DNA from: Azolla caroliniana
Lineage: Eukaryota > Plantae > Polypodiophyta
Assembly (NCBI GenBank): GCA_043228905.1
Contig: JBHGNT010000001.1
Span: 32,860,001 to 32,924,000, forward strand
Direction: 5' to 3'
DNA: 64,000 nt
How positions within the stretch are numbered: position 1 is the stretch's first letter; the number at the start of each line of letters is the position of its first letter. Positions 63,021 through 64,000 of the stretch are shown here, in pieces. Below the pieces are notes generated by a model that ran no database searches, was not told the origin of the DNA, and saw only the letters and a list, made by a program, of their open reading frames with translations. The position numbers and the translations under genes were made by a program.

Positions 63021-64000
63021 AAATTTTTCTTGTTGGTTTTGCTGGCAATCAGAAATTTAAGGTATGATGAAACACAGTTTAATACTCAATGCTTCTGACT
63101 TTATTTTCAATTGTTGAATCTGATTATTTTAATATTTCTGATTTTTATCCAACAGGTCTACTGTTAAATGTTGACCACGAGTGGTTTGAACTTTGCTTCA
63201 CCAATCAGCAAACCATTGTACAACATTCTCATACCCAAGATTGGGGTAGGCACCTTTTGTGACATGTTGATCTCATTCAATTAATACTTGATAGAGCCCA
63301 TACATATGAATGATGAGAATGTCAGAAATCATATATTTAATTGTTTGACAGTTGAGAGATATCGGTATGTTCTTTGCTATAGAGTGTCATCTAATTTCAT
63401 GTGTTCCGGGCAGCCACGAACTTTGGATTGCAAAGACACAACAGCATTTTGTCAATACATATTTATATTTATATTTAAGTAATGTATTATTTGTAAATAT
63501 ATATATTTATATATTTAAGGCATTAAGCTATTAGAAAAAGAACAAAAGATATATGAGAGCGAGACAAACAGAGAAAATTCTGCATTTATGGATAACACCC
63601 CTAACTGTTATTTTAGAGAGACAATGGGCGCAGCAACTACATGTCCAATTTCAAGCCTTAATGAAATCATGGATGCACATGATAAAGTGTCCCTACTGAT
63701 TATGTTGCCCATGTAATGGTGCATTGTTACTTGTGAGCGTTGTAATTTGTTGGGGGTTTTGTTACTTATGATAGCGTCTTGTCATCACACAGCCCCTTGT
63801 GAAATATAGCCCCTTGTGTCAATTTTGTTGTAATGATGTTTACTTTTGAAGTATAGTGAAAATAGATCGTATGATATTTAGGATATGCTGTTGGAGGTTC
63901 ATACAATTTTACAAAGATAATCTTTGGAAATTTTGGAATTGAAAATCTTTGACAATGTTGGCAACACGTCCTAATTAATGTGCAAGACCACAATTTGGAG

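Overview
Gene-dense, intron-rich nuclear DNA of a land plant. An intact axonemal CFAP58 gene points to a lineage with flagellated sperm; the PLS-type PPR genes would fit a fern, but that assignment is inference. Nine protein-coding genes were reconstructed by hand from splice sites and reading-frame continuity: the 3' end of a MUT9-like/HD16 casein kinase 1-like kinase (+), an FCS-like zinc finger (FLZ) gene (-), a PLS-E PPR (+), TAF9 (+), a secreted I9 subtilase-propeptide-like inhibitor (+), a second PLS-E PPR (-), a CBP/p300-type HAC1 acetyltransferase (-), chloroplast COR413-IM (-) and CFAP58 (+). I found no rRNA, tRNA, CRISPR array or intact transposon. The most notable signal is in the FLZ gene: its frame stays open for about 200 codons upstream of the first in-frame ATG, contains FLZ-like N-terminal motifs there, and has an ACG in strong Kozak context (CACC-ACG-GC), suggesting non-AUG initiation. 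Other points of interest are a 45-bp duplication of a CFAP58 splice acceptor that creates a stop-containing alternative 3' splice site, a young 177-bp in-frame duplication and a GC-AG intron in HAC1, stop codons of both PPRs embedded in splice-donor consensus, and a 52-bp tandem array carrying TATA boxes. No multi-gene novel system is supported by the sequence.
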